Counted from the stretch's first letter, positions 1 through 10,326 are shown. The stretch is 49,555 bases of DNA from Bdellovibrionales bacterium (GCA_050246815.1 JBFWVI010000023.1:1-49555); one strand, 5' to 3'. Notes: generated by a model from the sequence alone, not told the origin. A program made the numbers and translations.

Positions 1-1028
1 CGGGGACGAAGCCGCAAAATCGCCATTCGCGTGGCCGTGTCGCAGCCGGGTCTGGGCGGATCCAGCACCAGCAGCCAGTTTGGCGAGGACGGGCGATACT
101 TTTCGAGGAATTGTGAAGTGGGTGCGGCCACCCACTCTAAGGCAGATTGACGCGGCAGGAGGGCGCTTTCAGCGCGCGCACTTTCCACCATTATCCGACT
201 GAGTTCAACGCCTGTCACTTGAGCGTCTGGGAAGGCCTTTGCCAGAGGAAATGTTAAGTTTCCAGAGCCGCAGTACAAATCCAGGATTTGAGTGTAAGGA
301 CCACTTCCCGCAGCCTCAAGCACCATCTGAATCAAGTTCTGATTTTGAGCCTCATTCACTTGTGAAAAGAGGGCCGCTTCGGCTTCAGCCGCGGATTGGC
401 GAAGCTCCACTTGGCCGCTTTTGAGGCGGGCAATTTCAATTCTTTCTTGGGGGCCATCCGCGTTTCGGCTTTTGGCCTTGGCAAACTGTTGCACCAACGC
501 CTCCTCGGCCAGCCAACAATCCTCAATCGGCACAAGCTGCCGGCTGCCGGCGGCGTAGTAGCCAAGTTCAAAGCCATGGCGATGCAGTTGAATGCGGTTG
601 CGATAGCGAAACTCTGCGGGTGAAGGAACCAGCGGTTTTAGGGGTAGAGCTCCTTCGTGGGCCAACTTGCGCAGCGCCGATTTCAACATTTGTTGTTTTT
701 GGACCAGTTGCTCCTCATAGCGCACATGCTGCCATTGGCAGCCGCCGCAGCGGCCCGCCACTGGGCAGAGTGGTTCACGGCGATGGGGGCTTGGGGTGAT
801 GATTCGAAGTAATCTGGCTTCGGCGTAGGAGGAATGCATTTTTTCAATCAGCACCTCCACGTCATCATCCGGTGCGGTCCAAGGGACAAAGACTACAAAA
901 CCGTTGTGGCGGGCGACCCCGTGTCCAGAATGATAGGCCAGACGTTCAATGCGCACGCGGACTTTGTCGCCAATAAAAAACGGCTGGGATTTCTCCGCAG
1001 CCGTTTTACTTTTGTTGTTTTTTGCCAT
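1..1028 (-). CDS. rlmD: 23S rRNA (uracil-5)-methyltransferase, RlmD/RumA family (TRAM domain plus 4Fe-4S motif); 3' end runs off the window
   Basis: Not in the ORF track. Manual translation from ATG at 1028 gives MAKNNKSKTAAEKSQPFFIGDKVRVRIERLAYHSGHGVARHNGFVVFVPWTAPDDDVEV (TRAM domain), then CPVAGRCGGCQWQHVRYEEQL, the RlmD cysteine motif. Confidence 0.8.
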   Translation of the reverse strand, partial: MAKNNKSKTAAEKSQPFFIGDKVRVRIERLAYHSGHGVARHNGFVVFVPWTAPDDDVEVLIEKMHSSYAEARLLRIITPSPHRREPLCPVAGRCGGCQWQHVRYEEQLVQKQQMLKSALRKLAHEGALPLKPLVPSPAEFRYRNRIQLHRHGFELGYYAAGSRQLVPIEDCWLAEEALVQQFAKAKSRNADGPQERIEIARLKSGQVELRQSAAEAEAALFSQVNEAQNQNLIQMVLEAAGSGPYTQILDLYCGSGNLTFPLAKAFPDAQVTGVELSRIMVESARAESALLPRQSALEWVAAPTSQFLEKYRPSSPNWLLVLDPPRPGCDTATRMAILRLRP

Positions 1029-1066
1029 GCCGTTAAGAAAGAATCCGCTCAAGCGGGTTCTTTGCC

Positions 1067-1492
1067 TTAGCCGTTCACGAATTCGGATTTTTCGAAGAAC
1101 AAGGCCAGCTCGCGTTCCGCACTGGCGGGGCTGTCACTGCCATGAACCGAATTTTCACCAACACTGTCGCCGTAAAGAGCGCGAATGGTGCCAGGAGCCG
1201 CTTTTTTCGGATCGGTGGCGCCCATCACCTCGCGGTTTTTCATCACGGCATTTTCGCCTTTTAACGCCATCAACATCACTGGACCCGAGGTCATAAAGGT
1301 CACTAGTTCGCCAAAAAAAGGGCGGGCTTTGTGCTCGGCATAAAATTCTTCGCATTTGGATTTGCTTAAGTGCACCAATTTAGCGGCTGCGATTTTCAGG
1401 CCGTTTTCCTCGAATTTTTGGATGATTCCGCCAATGTGGTTCTTTTTCACCGAATTGGGCTTAATGATGCTAAAGGTCATTTCCATGGCCAT
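1067..1492 (-). CDS. ndk: Nucleoside diphosphate kinase
   Basis: [35 protein letters not shown] and catalytic NSVHGSDS. An AGGAG RBS lies upstream. Confidence 0.98.
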   Translation of the reverse strand: MAMEMTFSIIKPNSVKKNHIGGIIQKFEENGLKIAAAKLVHLSKSKCEEFYAEHKARPFFGELVTFMTSGPVMLMALKGENAVMKNREVMGATDPKKAAPGTIRALYGDSVGENSVHGSDSPASAERELALFFEKSEFVNG

Positions 1493-1609
1493 AAAAAACT
1501 CCTGAAATTAGATTTTGCAGGCTTCATAGCACGGGCTTTTCGGTTCTCCAAGCATTGCATCGGTCCAAGGGTCGGTTTAAGGTGCCGGTTTTCGAGGAGT
1601 TTTTTTGAA

Positions 1610-2122
1610 ATGCGTGTGTTTTCGATGATTTTGGCCCTTATTTTGGCGATTTCAAGTTGCGGGGTTGTGGCTGAGCCAACGGTTTACTTTCGTTCGAACG
1701 GCAAATTTGTGGGTCAGGGCGAGGAGTACAAGCACGGTTTTTGGATCCCTGTGCTACACGACGCAGAACCCCTGTTCAGCTCGGACCCTCGGGCTCTTCA
1801 CTATTACAAACAACACGTCCGTTATGGAAAGTGGTTTGCGGCCTTAAACTGGGGAGCGGTAGGAGCGTATTTGACCTATGCGATCGCGACCATCAGTGAT
1901 TCGTCTTATGATTATAATTTTGGCACGGGCCTGGCGATCTTTTTTGTGCCTTGGTTGATTGGCGGGGCGGTCGGTGCGGAATCGCGGCGCTCTTTGGTGA
2001 AGGCCATGAACATCATCAACGGGGTGGCGCCAGATCAAGCGCGCCAACAATTTTTAAGTTTACCAAAAACCCAGGTGGCGGGCCTGGATTTGGTTGCGCC
2101 GATTTGGGCGTGGTCTTTTTAG
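1610..2122 (+). CDS. Hypothetical exported/membrane protein, possible lipoprotein
   Basis: ATG at 1610 (MRVFSMILALILAISSC) gives a signal-peptide/lipobox-like N-terminus, two hydrophobic segments and a C-terminal WAWSF. The ORF-track start at 1370 overlaps ndk. Confidence 0.65.
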   Translation: MRVFSMILALILAISSCGVVAEPTVYFRSNGKFVGQGEEYKHGFWIPVLHDAEPLFSSDPRALHYYKQHVRYGKWFAALNWGAVGAYLTYAIATISDSSYDYNFGTGLAIFFVPWLIGGAVGAESRRSLVKAMNIINGVAPDQARQQFLSLPKTQVAGLDLVAPIWAWSF

Positions 2123-2137
2123 AAAGGCGTTGTCACT

Positions 2138-2560
2138 ATGATGCGAGTATTTTTTCAATTTCTGCTGGCCTTCTTGGCGATCACGGGTGCGGTGTTGATT
2201 GCTTCTCAATTCTCGGTTGAGTTTGGCAATTCAAATTATTGGGACCACCATGGTTTGCTGTTTTTATTTTTTATAACGGTGCTGCCGCGTTTGACGTTGT
2301 TACTGTCAAGTGTGGCGACCGGCGGCCTGCTGTGGTGGTTGGGCTGGCTGTTTGCCCCCCGTATTTTGGTGGCGACGCTCGCCACTATCGCGTACTGGCA
2401 GCAGAATCCTGTTTTGGTGGTCATCGCCTGGTTGGTGGCTGTCGGTGGAGAGTCCTCCGAAAAAGCCGTGGTGGTGCGGCGTTCGTCATTGAAACGTCGG
2501 GGCTATCGACCTCCCTCAGGTGCCGAGGTCATCGACGTCACGCCAATTCGAAAGGATTAG
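2138..2560 (+). CDS. Hypothetical integral membrane protein
   Basis: 140 aa with several hydrophobic helices and a C-terminal VIDVTP tail. Co-oriented with the previous gene. Confidence 0.75.
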   Translation: MMRVFFQFLLAFLAITGAVLIASQFSVEFGNSNYWDHHGLLFLFFITVLPRLTLLLSSVATGGLLWWLGWLFAPRILVATLATIAYWQQNPVLVVIAWLVAVGGESSEKAVVVRRSSLKRRGYRPPSGAEVIDVTPIRKD

Positions 2561-2653
2561 AGCATCTTGGTAAACCAGAGTGAATGTAAACACGAATTTT
2601 TTACTGTAATTTTGTCAATACAAAACAGAAAAATCGCGTGATACAGCGTACTA

Positions 2654-3082
2654 ATGAAAGCTAAAATTTTTGTTTTGCTGATTATTTTACTATTGGGCCA
2701 AAGCGCAACCGCAGAAGTGATCAGAACCTTTCTTGTGGACCCAGGCGCATGTGTCGAGCAGCTTCAGTGGAACGCAGAATCGACCAGTGCCAAATGCGTT
2801 GTCAGGCGCGCCGAGATCTCGGCAAATCCGAATATCACCAGAGCGCAAAGTATTAATTTTAGCTTGCCGATGGTTGAGGGCTTACCGCAGATTTTGGGCA
2901 GCATTCGACCGCTTTGGAATGGTTATGTATTCAAGATAGAATCTGAGCAGCCCATTTCAAGAGGCAAAGTGAAACCGTTGCTGATCTGGGCGCTTAGTGT
3001 CGCGCTTGATAACGGCGGCATTATGGTGCCACAAACTTTATGTGAGCGAGTGCTAGCCGAGTTCAGAGCCCTTCAGCACTAA
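2654..3082 (+). CDS. Hypothetical secreted protein
   Basis: Signal peptide MKAKIFVLLIILLLGQSATA; AT-rich upstream region. Confidence 0.65.
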   Translation: MKAKIFVLLIILLLGQSATAEVIRTFLVDPGACVEQLQWNAESTSAKCVVRRAEISANPNITRAQSINFSLPMVEGLPQILGSIRPLWNGYVFKIESEQPISRGKVKPLLIWALSVALDNGGIMVPQTLCERVLAEFRALQH

Positions 3083-3264
3083 GAACAAAAAGCTTTCATT
3101 GCTAGCCCTCGGTGCAAGGCCACACGCTTTGTGGATAAGTTTGAGCTTTTAATTAGTTTGCATCGGACTGGTTCTCAGCCCACAGCCTTCGCCGCAGATC
3201 TCAAAACCTCGGCCTCGCAGCCCGGTTCTCAGATCTCCGAAGCGCATGACGCAAAGCTAAACCA

Positions 3265-3283
3265 AAAGGTGCCAGGCACCTTT
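3265..3283 (-). terminator. Palindrome AAAGGTGCC-A-GGCACCTTT overlapping the sucD stop; likely terminator or REP-like element
   Basis: Perfect 9-bp inverted repeat. On the minus strand it reads ...GGCACCTTTT immediately after sucD. Confidence 0.5.
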
Positions 3284-4148
3284 AAAGGCTGGCTTTTAGA
3301 GTGCTGCCTAGGTCGGCGGGGCTGCGTGCGATTTTGCAACCGGCGGATTGCAAGGCTTCAAACTTTGCCTCGGCTGTGCCTTTGCCGCCGCTGATGATGG
3401 CGCCGGCGTGGCCCATGCGCTTGCCTTTCGGGGCCGTGGCGCCAGCGATAAAGCAAGTGACGGGCTTTTTGAATTCGCGCTTGATGTACTCAGACGCTTC
3501 TTCTTCAGCGGTGCCGCCGATCTCGCCGATCATGATGACGGCGTCGGTTTCTTTGTCGCGATTAAACATTTCCAAAACGTCGATAAAGTTGGTTCCGTTC
3601 ACCGGGTCACCGCCGATACCGACGCAGCTGCTTTGGCCAAGGCCCACGCGGCTCAATTGCCAAACAGCTTCGTAAGTCAAAGTTCCAGAACGCGACAACA
3701 CGCCGATGCGGCCGGGTGTATGAATGTGGCCAGGCATAATGCCGATTTTGCACTGGCCAGGAGTGATCACACCAGGGCAGTTCGGGCCCACAAGGCGAGT
3801 TTTTTTGCCTTGCATGAAGCGTTTCACCTTCACCATATCCATGACAGGAATTCCTTCGGTGATGCAAACCACAAGATCCAGATTGGCATCAACGGCTTCC
3901 ATAATGGCATCCGCTGCAAAGGGCGGAGGAACATAAATCACCGAGGCATTGGCGCCGGTGGTTTTCACGGCTTGCGCCACGGTGTTAAAAACGGGAAGAT
4001 TGAGGTGTTTGCCGCCGCCCTTTCCTGGCGTCACGCCGCCCACCATTTTGGTTCCGTAAGCGATGGCCTGTTCCGAGTGAAAGGTGCCTTGTTCGCCAGT
4101 GAAGCCTTGGCAAATTACTTTTGTGTTCGAGTTTACCATGATCGCCAT
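3282..4148 (-). CDS. sucD: Succinyl-CoA synthetase alpha subunit
   Basis: [36 protein letters not shown] and phospho-His motif RMGHAGAI. Confidence 0.98.
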   Translation of the reverse strand: MAIMVNSNTKVICQGFTGEQGTFHSEQAIAYGTKMVGGVTPGKGGGKHLNLPVFNTVAQAVKTTGANASVIYVPPPFAADAIMEAVDANLDLVVCITEGIPVMDMVKVKRFMQGKKTRLVGPNCPGVITPGQCKIGIMPGHIHTPGRIGVLSRSGTLTYEAVWQLSRVGLGQSSCVGIGGDPVNGTNFIDVLEMFNRDKETDAVIMIGEIGGTAEEEASEYIKREFKKPVTCFIAGATAPKGKRMGHAGAIISGGKGTAEAKFEALQSAGCKIARSPADLGSTLKASL

Positions 4149-5317
4149 TAGCGGGCTCCTTTCACAGCGGCCACGATTTTTGAGGCGGCCGTGGTCAAAT
4201 CGTCTGCGGGAGTGATGTTTAAACCACTTTCAGCCAAAAGTTTTTTACCCAGTTCGACATTGGTGCCCTGTAAGCGCACGACCAAAGGAAGTTTTAAACC
4301 CATCTCTTTGGTTGCGGCGATAATTCCTTCAGCGATGATGTCACATTTCATGATGCCGCCGAAAATATTCACCAAGATGCCTTTGACGTTGGGGTCTTTC
4401 AAAATCAGTTTGAAGGCCGCAGTGACTTTTTCTTTGTTGGCGCCGCCACCCACGTCCAAGAAGTTGGCGGGTGTGCCGCCATGGATTTTGATGATGTCCA
4501 TGGTGGCCATGGCAAGACCCGCACCGTTCACAAGACAGCCGATATTGCCATCCAGTTTGATAAAGGCCAATTCGTGTTTGCTGGCTTCGATTTCGGAGGG
4601 ATCTTCCTCGCTCAGATCACGAAGCTCCATGATGTCGGGATGGCGAAACAGCGAATTGCTGTCGAAATTCATTTTGGCGTCCAACGCGATCACGTCGCCA
4701 TCATTGGTTTCAACCAGGGGGTTGATTTCGGCGATGGAGCAATCGGTTTGTTCGAAAGCTTTGGCCAAAGCTAAAAAAATCTTCACGGCTCCGCTGATCG
4801 CTTTACCTTGAAAACCCAAGGCAAAAGCCAGTTGGCGAGCTTGAAAAGCCTGCATGCCGACGGCGGGGTCGATTACCACGCGGTGGATTTTTTCGGGATG
4901 TTTTTCAGCCACTTCCTCGATGTCCATGCCGCCTTCGGAACTTGCCATCATCACCACGCGGCTGACCGCGCGATCCAAAAGGGCGGCGACGTAATATTCT
5001 TTTTTAATGTTACAGCCCTGTTCAATGTAAATCTTCAAAACGGTTTTGCCCTCGGGGCCCGTTTGCGGGGTCACTAGGTTCATATTTAGGATTTTTTGCG
5101 CATAAGTGCGCACTTCATCCAAAGACTTGGCCACTTTCACGCCGCCGCCCTTACCGCGACCACCGGCGTGGATCTGGGCTTTCACCACCCACACGTTGCC
5201 GCCCATTTCTTTGGCTGCAGCCACCGCCTCTTCAGGGGTGAATACCACTTTGCCCTTCAATGTGGCGACGCCAAACCTGCGCAAGACTTCTTTTGCCTGA
5301 TACTCGTGAATATTCAT
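4148..5317 (-). CDS. sucC: Succinyl-CoA synthetase beta subunit
   Basis: [54 protein letters not shown]. Confidence 0.98.
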   Translation of the reverse strand: MNIHEYQAKEVLRRFGVATLKGKVVFTPEEAVAAAKEMGGNVWVVKAQIHAGGRGKGGGVKVAKSLDEVRTYAQKILNMNLVTPQTGPEGKTVLKIYIEQGCNIKKEYYVAALLDRAVSRVVMMASSEGGMDIEEVAEKHPEKIHRVVIDPAVGMQAFQARQLAFALGFQGKAISGAVKIFLALAKAFEQTDCSIAEINPLVETNDGDVIALDAKMNFDSNSLFRHPDIMELRDLSEEDPSEIEASKHELAFIKLDGNIGCLVNGAGLAMATMDIIKIHGGTPANFLDVGGGANKEKVTAAFKLILKDPNVKGILVNIFGGIMKCDIIAEGIIAATKEMGLKLPLVVRLQGTNVELGKKLLAESGLNITPADDLTTAASKIVAAVKGAR

Positions 5318-5329
5318 TTAGAATGCCCT

Positions 5330-6274
5330 TTAGTACTGAATTTTGCGAAGTGCGGTGACCAACTCTTTCACGGCGTTCAGCGAATTGTCCAAGCCGGCTT
5401 TTTCGGTCTCGTTCAATTTCACTTCGATGACCTTTTCCATGCCCTTGCCGCCCAATTGGCACAAGACGCCTAAGAACAGATCTTTCACGCCGTATTCACC
5501 TTGCAAAAAGGCCGCGCAAGGCAAGATGCGTTTTTGGTCGCGCAAGATAGCTTCGGCCATTTGCACGGCGCTGGCGGCGGGGGCGTAGTAAGCGGAACCA
5601 GTTTTCAAAAGGCCAACGATTTCAGCGCCGCCGTTGCGAGTGCGGGTTACCAAGGCGTCGATGCGCTCTTTGCTGAGCATTTCGGTCAGGGGCACGCCAC
5701 CCACAGAGCAATGGCGGGGCATGGGCACCATGGTGTCGCCGTGGCCGCCCAGCACAAAGGCTTGCACGTCGCGCACACTGACATTTAATTCTTCCGCGAT
5801 AAACGAGCGGAAGCGGGCGCCGTCCAAAACTCCGGCCATGCCCAAAACGCGTTCGCGCGGAAAGCCCAGAGTTTCTTTGGCCACAAAGGCCATGGCATCC
5901 AAAGGATTGCTGACGATGATCGCGACGGCTTTGGGCGAATACTCGCGCAGTCCCGTACAAACATCTTTCATGATTTTTGCGTTGGTAGCCAAAAGGTCAT
6001 CACGGCTCATGCCGGGCTTGCGTGGTAGGCCTGCAGTAATAATAATGACATCTGAATTGGCGGTGTCCTTGTAATCGGCTGTACCGATCACGCGCGAATC
6101 GAAACTCTCAACTGGTGAGGCTTCAAACAAATCTAAGGCTTTTCCTTTAGCGGCGCCCTCGTTGATATCCAAAAGCACCACATCGCCCAGCTCTTTGGCC
6201 GCAGCCCAGTGTGCACATGTCGAACCAACAAAACCCGCACCGATCACCGATATTTTTTTGCGCTTGTGTTCCAT
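5330..6274 (-). CDS. mdh: Malate dehydrogenase (LDH-like MDH)
   Basis: [34 protein letters not shown]. First gene of an mdh-sucCD operon. Confidence 0.97.
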   Translation of the reverse strand: MEHKRKKISVIGAGFVGSTCAHWAAAKELGDVVLLDINEGAAKGKALDLFEASPVESFDSRVIGTADYKDTANSDVIIITAGLPRKPGMSRDDLLATNAKIMKDVCTGLREYSPKAVAIIVSNPLDAMAFVAKETLGFPRERVLGMAGVLDGARFRSFIAEELNVSVRDVQAFVLGGHGDTMVPMPRHCSVGGVPLTEMLSKERIDALVTRTRNGGAEIVGLLKTGSAYYAPAASAVQMAEAILRDQKRILPCAAFLQGEYGVKDLFLGVLCQLGGKGMEKVIEVKLNETEKAGLDNSLNAVKELVTALRKIQY

Positions 6275-6390
6275 TGAAGAAGCCTTTCTTAAGCAAATCT
6301 CGCTGTTAAAGAGTGATGACTCAACATAACTCGCGTTGTTCGCCAGGTCCAGCTTTCACACCATATCTATATATATGTACTGTCGGGTGC

Positions 6391-6418
6391 TTGCCACGAG
6401 ACCTAAGTCGGTTACAAT
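6391..6418 (+). promoter_or_regulatory. Candidate sigma70 promoter for the Mla/MCE operon
   Basis: TTGCCA-N16-TACAAT, 40 nt upstream of the ATG at 6459. Confidence 0.45.
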
Positions 6419-6458
6419 ATTTTGACGGAGCCCGCCAGAGAGGGCGGAGCAAGATCAG

Positions 6459-7223
6459 ATGGCGTTGGGCAGCATTGAATTTCATAAGGTCACTATCCGT
6501 TTTGGTTCAGAGACTCTGCTGAACCAGGTGGATTTAACCATCGCCCCAGGCGAAAAAGTGGTCGTGATCGGACCCAGTGGCCAAGGCAAATCGGTTTTAC
6601 TCAAGTTGATTGCCGGCATTATCCTGCCGACCAGCGGGGAAATTCGCGTGGATGGCAAAGATCTGCATCGTTTGACCGAAGTCGAGCGCCACCAGTTGAT
6701 GCGTCGAATGGGGATGCTTTTTCAAAAAAACGCACTGTTTGATTCGCTGACGGTTGGCGAGAACATCGCCTTTCCTTTGCGTGAGGCTGGCCGACTTGAA
6801 GAGGCCGAGATTCAAAAGAAAGTGGTTCATTTCTTAGAAGCCGTCGGTATCGGTCACGCGCGCGATCTTTATCCCGACGAAATCAGCGGGGGCATGCAAA
6901 AGCGTCTGGGAATTGCCCGGGCCCTGGCACTTGATCCCGAAATAATTTTATATGACGATCCAACTGCGGGACTGGACCCCATTACCAGTCGTAAAATCAT
7001 TGAATTGATTCTTGATCTGCAACGCGGCGCGAAGGCAACCCTTGTGGCCATCACCAATGATATGGCACGCGCCTATCAAATGGCCGATCGAATCATCATG
7101 GTAGTTGATCATGGCGTGATCGTGACAGGCAATGTGCAGCAGACCAAACAGCACACCGACCCAAGAGTCCACCAATTTATTCGTGGTGCTTTGCAGGGGC
7201 CTTTGACCGAGGTCGAGGCATGA
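6459..7223 (+). CDS. mlaF: MlaF-like ABC ATPase 1 (degenerate Walker B and H-switch)
   Basis: Walker A GPSGQGKS, FQKNALFDSLTVGENIAFPL, signature ISGGMQKR, Walker B ILYDDPT, switch AITNDM. Confidence 0.85.
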   Translation: MALGSIEFHKVTIRFGSETLLNQVDLTIAPGEKVVVIGPSGQGKSVLLKLIAGIILPTSGEIRVDGKDLHRLTEVERHQLMRRMGMLFQKNALFDSLTVGENIAFPLREAGRLEEAEIQKKVVHFLEAVGIGHARDLYPDEISGGMQKRLGIARALALDPEIILYDDPTAGLDPITSRKIIELILDLQRGAKATLVAITNDMARAYQMADRIIMVVDHGVIVTGNVQQTKQHTDPRVHQFIRGALQGPLTEVEA

Positions 7224-7969
7224 AGATGATCGAATTTAAAAACCTGGTGAAAAAATTCGGCGAGCGCACGGTGCTCAATAACATCAGCTTTTCTGTTCCC
7301 GAGGGGCAAATTCTTTTTATTTTGGGCACGTCGGGCACAGGTAAGTCTGTTTTGCTTAAAAATCTTGTGGGGTTATTGCGGCCGACCAGCGGAGAGATTT
7401 GGATCAACGGGCAAGAGGTGAGTGGCCTTAGCGAAGAAGAATATCTGCCGGTGCGAAAGCTCTGCGGCATGGTGTTCCAGCAGCCCGCGCTTTTCGATTC
7501 ACTTTCAGTTTATGAGAACATCGCCTTTGGCTTGCGCAAACATCACCGGGATTTAAGTGAAAATGAAATTCAACAACGGGTGGCGCGCTGTTTGAAGTTG
7601 GTTCATTTGCATGACATCGAAGAAAAAAGCCCGCCGGATATTTCTTATGGAATGCAAAAACGCGTCAGTTTGGCGCGAACGGTGGCCGTGGATCCGCGCA
7701 TCCTGCTTTTTGACGAGCCCACCACTGGCCTGGATCCAGTCACGACCAATGCGGTCAACCAGCTAATTTTTGATTTGTCGCGCGAACTGAAGACCACGTC
7801 TTTGGTGGTGAGCCATGACATGAATTGCGCGCTGGCGATTGCCGATCAAATTTTGGTTTTGGACAAAGGCAGTATTGTGGCCCAAGGCACGCCGGAAGAG
7901 CTCAAAAAGAGCACACAGCCACTCGTGCAGGACTTTTTAGCGGAGGCTCTCGATGCTCAAAACGCCTAG
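7220..7969 (+). CDS. mlaF: MlaF-like ABC ATPase 2 (degenerate signature motif)
   Basis: Walker A GTSGTGKS, FQQPALFDSLSVYENIAF, signature ISYGMQKR, Walker B LLFDEPT, switch VSHDM. Confidence 0.85.
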   Translation: MKMIEFKNLVKKFGERTVLNNISFSVPEGQILFILGTSGTGKSVLLKNLVGLLRPTSGEIWINGQEVSGLSEEEYLPVRKLCGMVFQQPALFDSLSVYENIAFGLRKHHRDLSENEIQQRVARCLKLVHLHDIEEKSPPDISYGMQKRVSLARTVAVDPRILLFDEPTTGLDPVTTNAVNQLIFDLSRELKTTSLVVSHDMNCALAIADQILVLDKGSIVAQGTPEELKKSTQPLVQDFLAEALDAQNA

Positions 7970-8729
7970 GGCGATCATTGACGATATCGGTGGCGGAATT
8001 TTATTTCTGGGTTTGGTTTTAAGAACGGCAGGGCAAACGCGTTGGTCGACCAACTTAATTTGCGAGCAAATCTGGAAAGTGACGGCGCAAAGCTTGGCCA
8101 CCACCGCTCTAGCCGGTTTTTTTGTGGGCGCGATCATGACCGTTCAGTTCACCTTGCAAGTGAAAGAATTTGGGGCGCTTGGTTATTTGGGAGGACTGGC
8201 GACCTCAGGGACCATCCGCGAAGTGGGGCCTTTGTTGATTGCTTTTATGCTCAGCGGAAAAGTGGGAGCCTTCACTTCGGCAGAGCTTGGCACCATGCGG
8301 GTCACAGAGCAAATCGACGCCATTCGTTGTTTGGGCGCCAATCCTATTCAAGAGATCATCGTGCCCCGCTTTTTGGGCATCGTGGCATCCAGTTTTTTGC
8401 TTTTGGCCGCAGGTTTGATGATGTCCATCTCAGGTGGAATTCTGTTGGGCGTGTTTTTTGCCGGCATCAATCCGCAAGAGTACATGCGTCATGTTCCTAC
8501 CATCGTGACCTGGTCATCCGTGTTAAGCGGTCTGTTTAAATGTTTTGTCTTTGCCATCGTGCTGGCTTCGATCTGCACTTACAAGGGCTACTCCGCCAGC
8601 GGCGGAGCAAAAGGTGTGGGGCGTGCGGTGGTCGGCACCGCAGTCGCCACCATGGTGGGAATTGTGGTGGCAGATTGGTTCACAAGCTTAATTGGTGAAA
8701 CTTCAATGCGTTTGTTTTTAGGGGAGTAA
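7953..8729 (+). CDS. mlaE: MlaE-family ABC permease 1
   Basis: REVGPLLIAFMLSGKVGAFTSAELGTMRVTEQIDAIRCLGANP...VPR, and GGAKGVGRA. Confidence 0.9.
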   Translation: MLKTPRAIIDDIGGGILFLGLVLRTAGQTRWSTNLICEQIWKVTAQSLATTALAGFFVGAIMTVQFTLQVKEFGALGYLGGLATSGTIREVGPLLIAFMLSGKVGAFTSAELGTMRVTEQIDAIRCLGANPIQEIIVPRFLGIVASSFLLLAAGLMMSISGGILLGVFFAGINPQEYMRHVPTIVTWSSVLSGLFKCFVFAIVLASICTYKGYSASGGAKGVGRAVVGTAVATMVGIVVADWFTSLIGETSMRLFLGE

Positions 8730-9503
8730 ATGGTCCAAACGATCGCACAAGCCGCGGCCAATCACGGCTCCATGCTGGCCGAATTTCTTCGTCTGTTCGG
8801 GCAGACCTTGGCGCGAACCGTGACGCCGCCGTACCGCCCCAAGGATGTGATTCGTCAAATCGTGTTTGTGGCTTGGGAAAGCGCACCGGTTGTGCTGTTT
8901 TCAGTTTGTTTTGCCGCGGTCGTGACCATTATTGAAGCGTCATTTCATATGAAGCTGGTGATTCAAAACGATTCTTTGGTTCCGGGGTTTGCGGCCATGT
9001 TGATTTTAAGGGAGTTGGGTGCCGTCGTCGCGGCACTTCTGATTACCTCACGAGTCGGTGCTGGATTAGCGGCAGAGGTGGGCTCGATGCAAATTACCGA
9101 GCAGGTGGACGCGTTGCGCTTACTTGGCATCGATCCCGTGCGTTTTTTGGTGGTCCCTCGTTTTATCGCCTGCGTGCTTGGCTGTTTCGTGATCGCGATC
9201 TTGGCGAATATGGTGTGTTTATATTGCGCGATGCTCGTCAGCCTGATGAAATTGGGTTACTCGAGCGGCAGTTTTTTGGTGGCCATGCGCAGCTTTGTTG
9301 GATTTCAGGATTTAGTTTTTGCCTCCATTAAGGGCGCAAGCTTTGGTGCGGTGATCCCGGTGATCAGCTGTTTTTACGGTTTTCGCTGCCGTGCGGGTGC
9401 AGAAGGCGTGGGTTTGGCCACCACCAATGCGGTGGTGAGCACGTCGATTGCGATTATCGTGATTGATTTTAGTTTGTCTTGGGTTTTTTCGCATTTTTAT
9501 TGA
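8730..9503 (+). CDS. mlaE: MlaE-family ABC permease 2
   Basis: RELGAVVAALLITSRVGAGLAAEVGSMQITEQVDALRLLGIDP...VVPR, and GAEGVGLATTNAVV. Confidence 0.9.
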   Translation: MVQTIAQAAANHGSMLAEFLRLFGQTLARTVTPPYRPKDVIRQIVFVAWESAPVVLFSVCFAAVVTIIEASFHMKLVIQNDSLVPGFAAMLILRELGAVVAALLITSRVGAGLAAEVGSMQITEQVDALRLLGIDPVRFLVVPRFIACVLGCFVIAILANMVCLYCAMLVSLMKLGYSSGSFLVAMRSFVGFQDLVFASIKGASFGAVIPVISCFYGFRCRAGAEGVGLATTNAVVSTSIAIIVIDFSLSWVFSHFY

Positions 9504-9536
9504 ACTTGAGCTGAGGCAGTTGAGGAGTGAAGTGAC

Positions 9537-10313
9537 ATGAAGCCAGAAACCAAGGTCGGCCTGCTGTTTCTTGGGGCCTTTATCATGGCCATTTTATTTG
9601 CCTATGTTTTGGGCGCGGTGAATCCCTTTAGCAACAGCCATCAGTTAAGTGTGGCTTACAACTTTGCCGGTGGCATCGAAGTGGGGTCTCCGGTTCGGGT
9701 GATGGGCATTAAAGTGGGCAAAGTCAGAGCGATTCAATTTGCGCCGGATCAAAAAATGCCCAGCGGCGAAGAGGTCAAGCTGCTTTTAACCGTAAGTATC
9801 GACAAAGAGGCCTGGCCCACCTTACGTGAAGATAGCCGATTTTATATCAATTTGGCCGGCGTTATCGGCGAAAAGTTTCTTGAAATTACACCCGGGTCCA
9901 GCGCATCTGAGCTTTTAAAGCCGGGCGGATTGGTGCGCGGTGAAGATCCACCGCGGATCGATCAGTTGATTTCACAAAGCTATGGTTTGGCTGGAAAAGT
10001 CATCGATATGATCGAAAAAAACGAAGGTTCGGTGGTCAACATCATCGAAACCATCAATAAATTGGTGGTGAACATGGACAAAGCCTTGCGCCAATTGGAT
10101 AAAACCGCCAATAACAAAGATATCAACGCTATGTTTAAAAATATGCAGACGATCATGGATGACTCTGCGTTTTTCACCCAAAAATTACGCTCGCCTGAAG
10201 GCCAGGCGTCGTTGGCGATCTTGAATCAACTGCTCAAACGCATGGAACCGTTAGATGCAAAGGCGATTCGCAAGTTTCTGCAAGAAGAAGGCATTAAAGC
10301 CAAAATGTTCTAA
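9537..10313 (+). CDS. mlaD: MlaD/MCE-domain protein with helical C-terminal extension
   Basis: ETKVGL plus an N-terminal TM helix, GGIEVGSPVRVMGIKVGKV, GVIGEKFLEITPG, then an amphipathic helical tail. Confidence 0.9.
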   Translation: MKPETKVGLLFLGAFIMAILFAYVLGAVNPFSNSHQLSVAYNFAGGIEVGSPVRVMGIKVGKVRAIQFAPDQKMPSGEEVKLLLTVSIDKEAWPTLREDSRFYINLAGVIGEKFLEITPGSSASELLKPGGLVRGEDPPRIDQLISQSYGLAGKVIDMIEKNEGSVVNIIETINKLVVNMDKALRQLDKTANNKDINAMFKNMQTIMDDSAFFTQKLRSPEGQASLAILNQLLKRMEPLDAKAIRKFLQEEGIKAKMF

Positions 10314-10326
10314 GGGTGGTGTGGGG

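Noticed and set aside
1370..1609. N-terminal extension of the 1370..2122 ORF
   Set aside because: Overlaps ndk on the opposite strand; the signal peptide starts at ATG 1610.
3130..3138. Perfect DnaA box TGTGGATAA in an intergenic region
   Set aside because: Single box with no cluster, no DUE and no dnaA/dnaN nearby; another copy occurs inside a CDS near 20416, so it is compatible with chance.
3348..4151. 267-aa plus-strand ORF, and similar long antisense ORFs over sucC, mdh, dusB, sufB, tolB and tig
   Set aside because: Shadow ORFs opposite well-conserved genes; no recognisable motifs.
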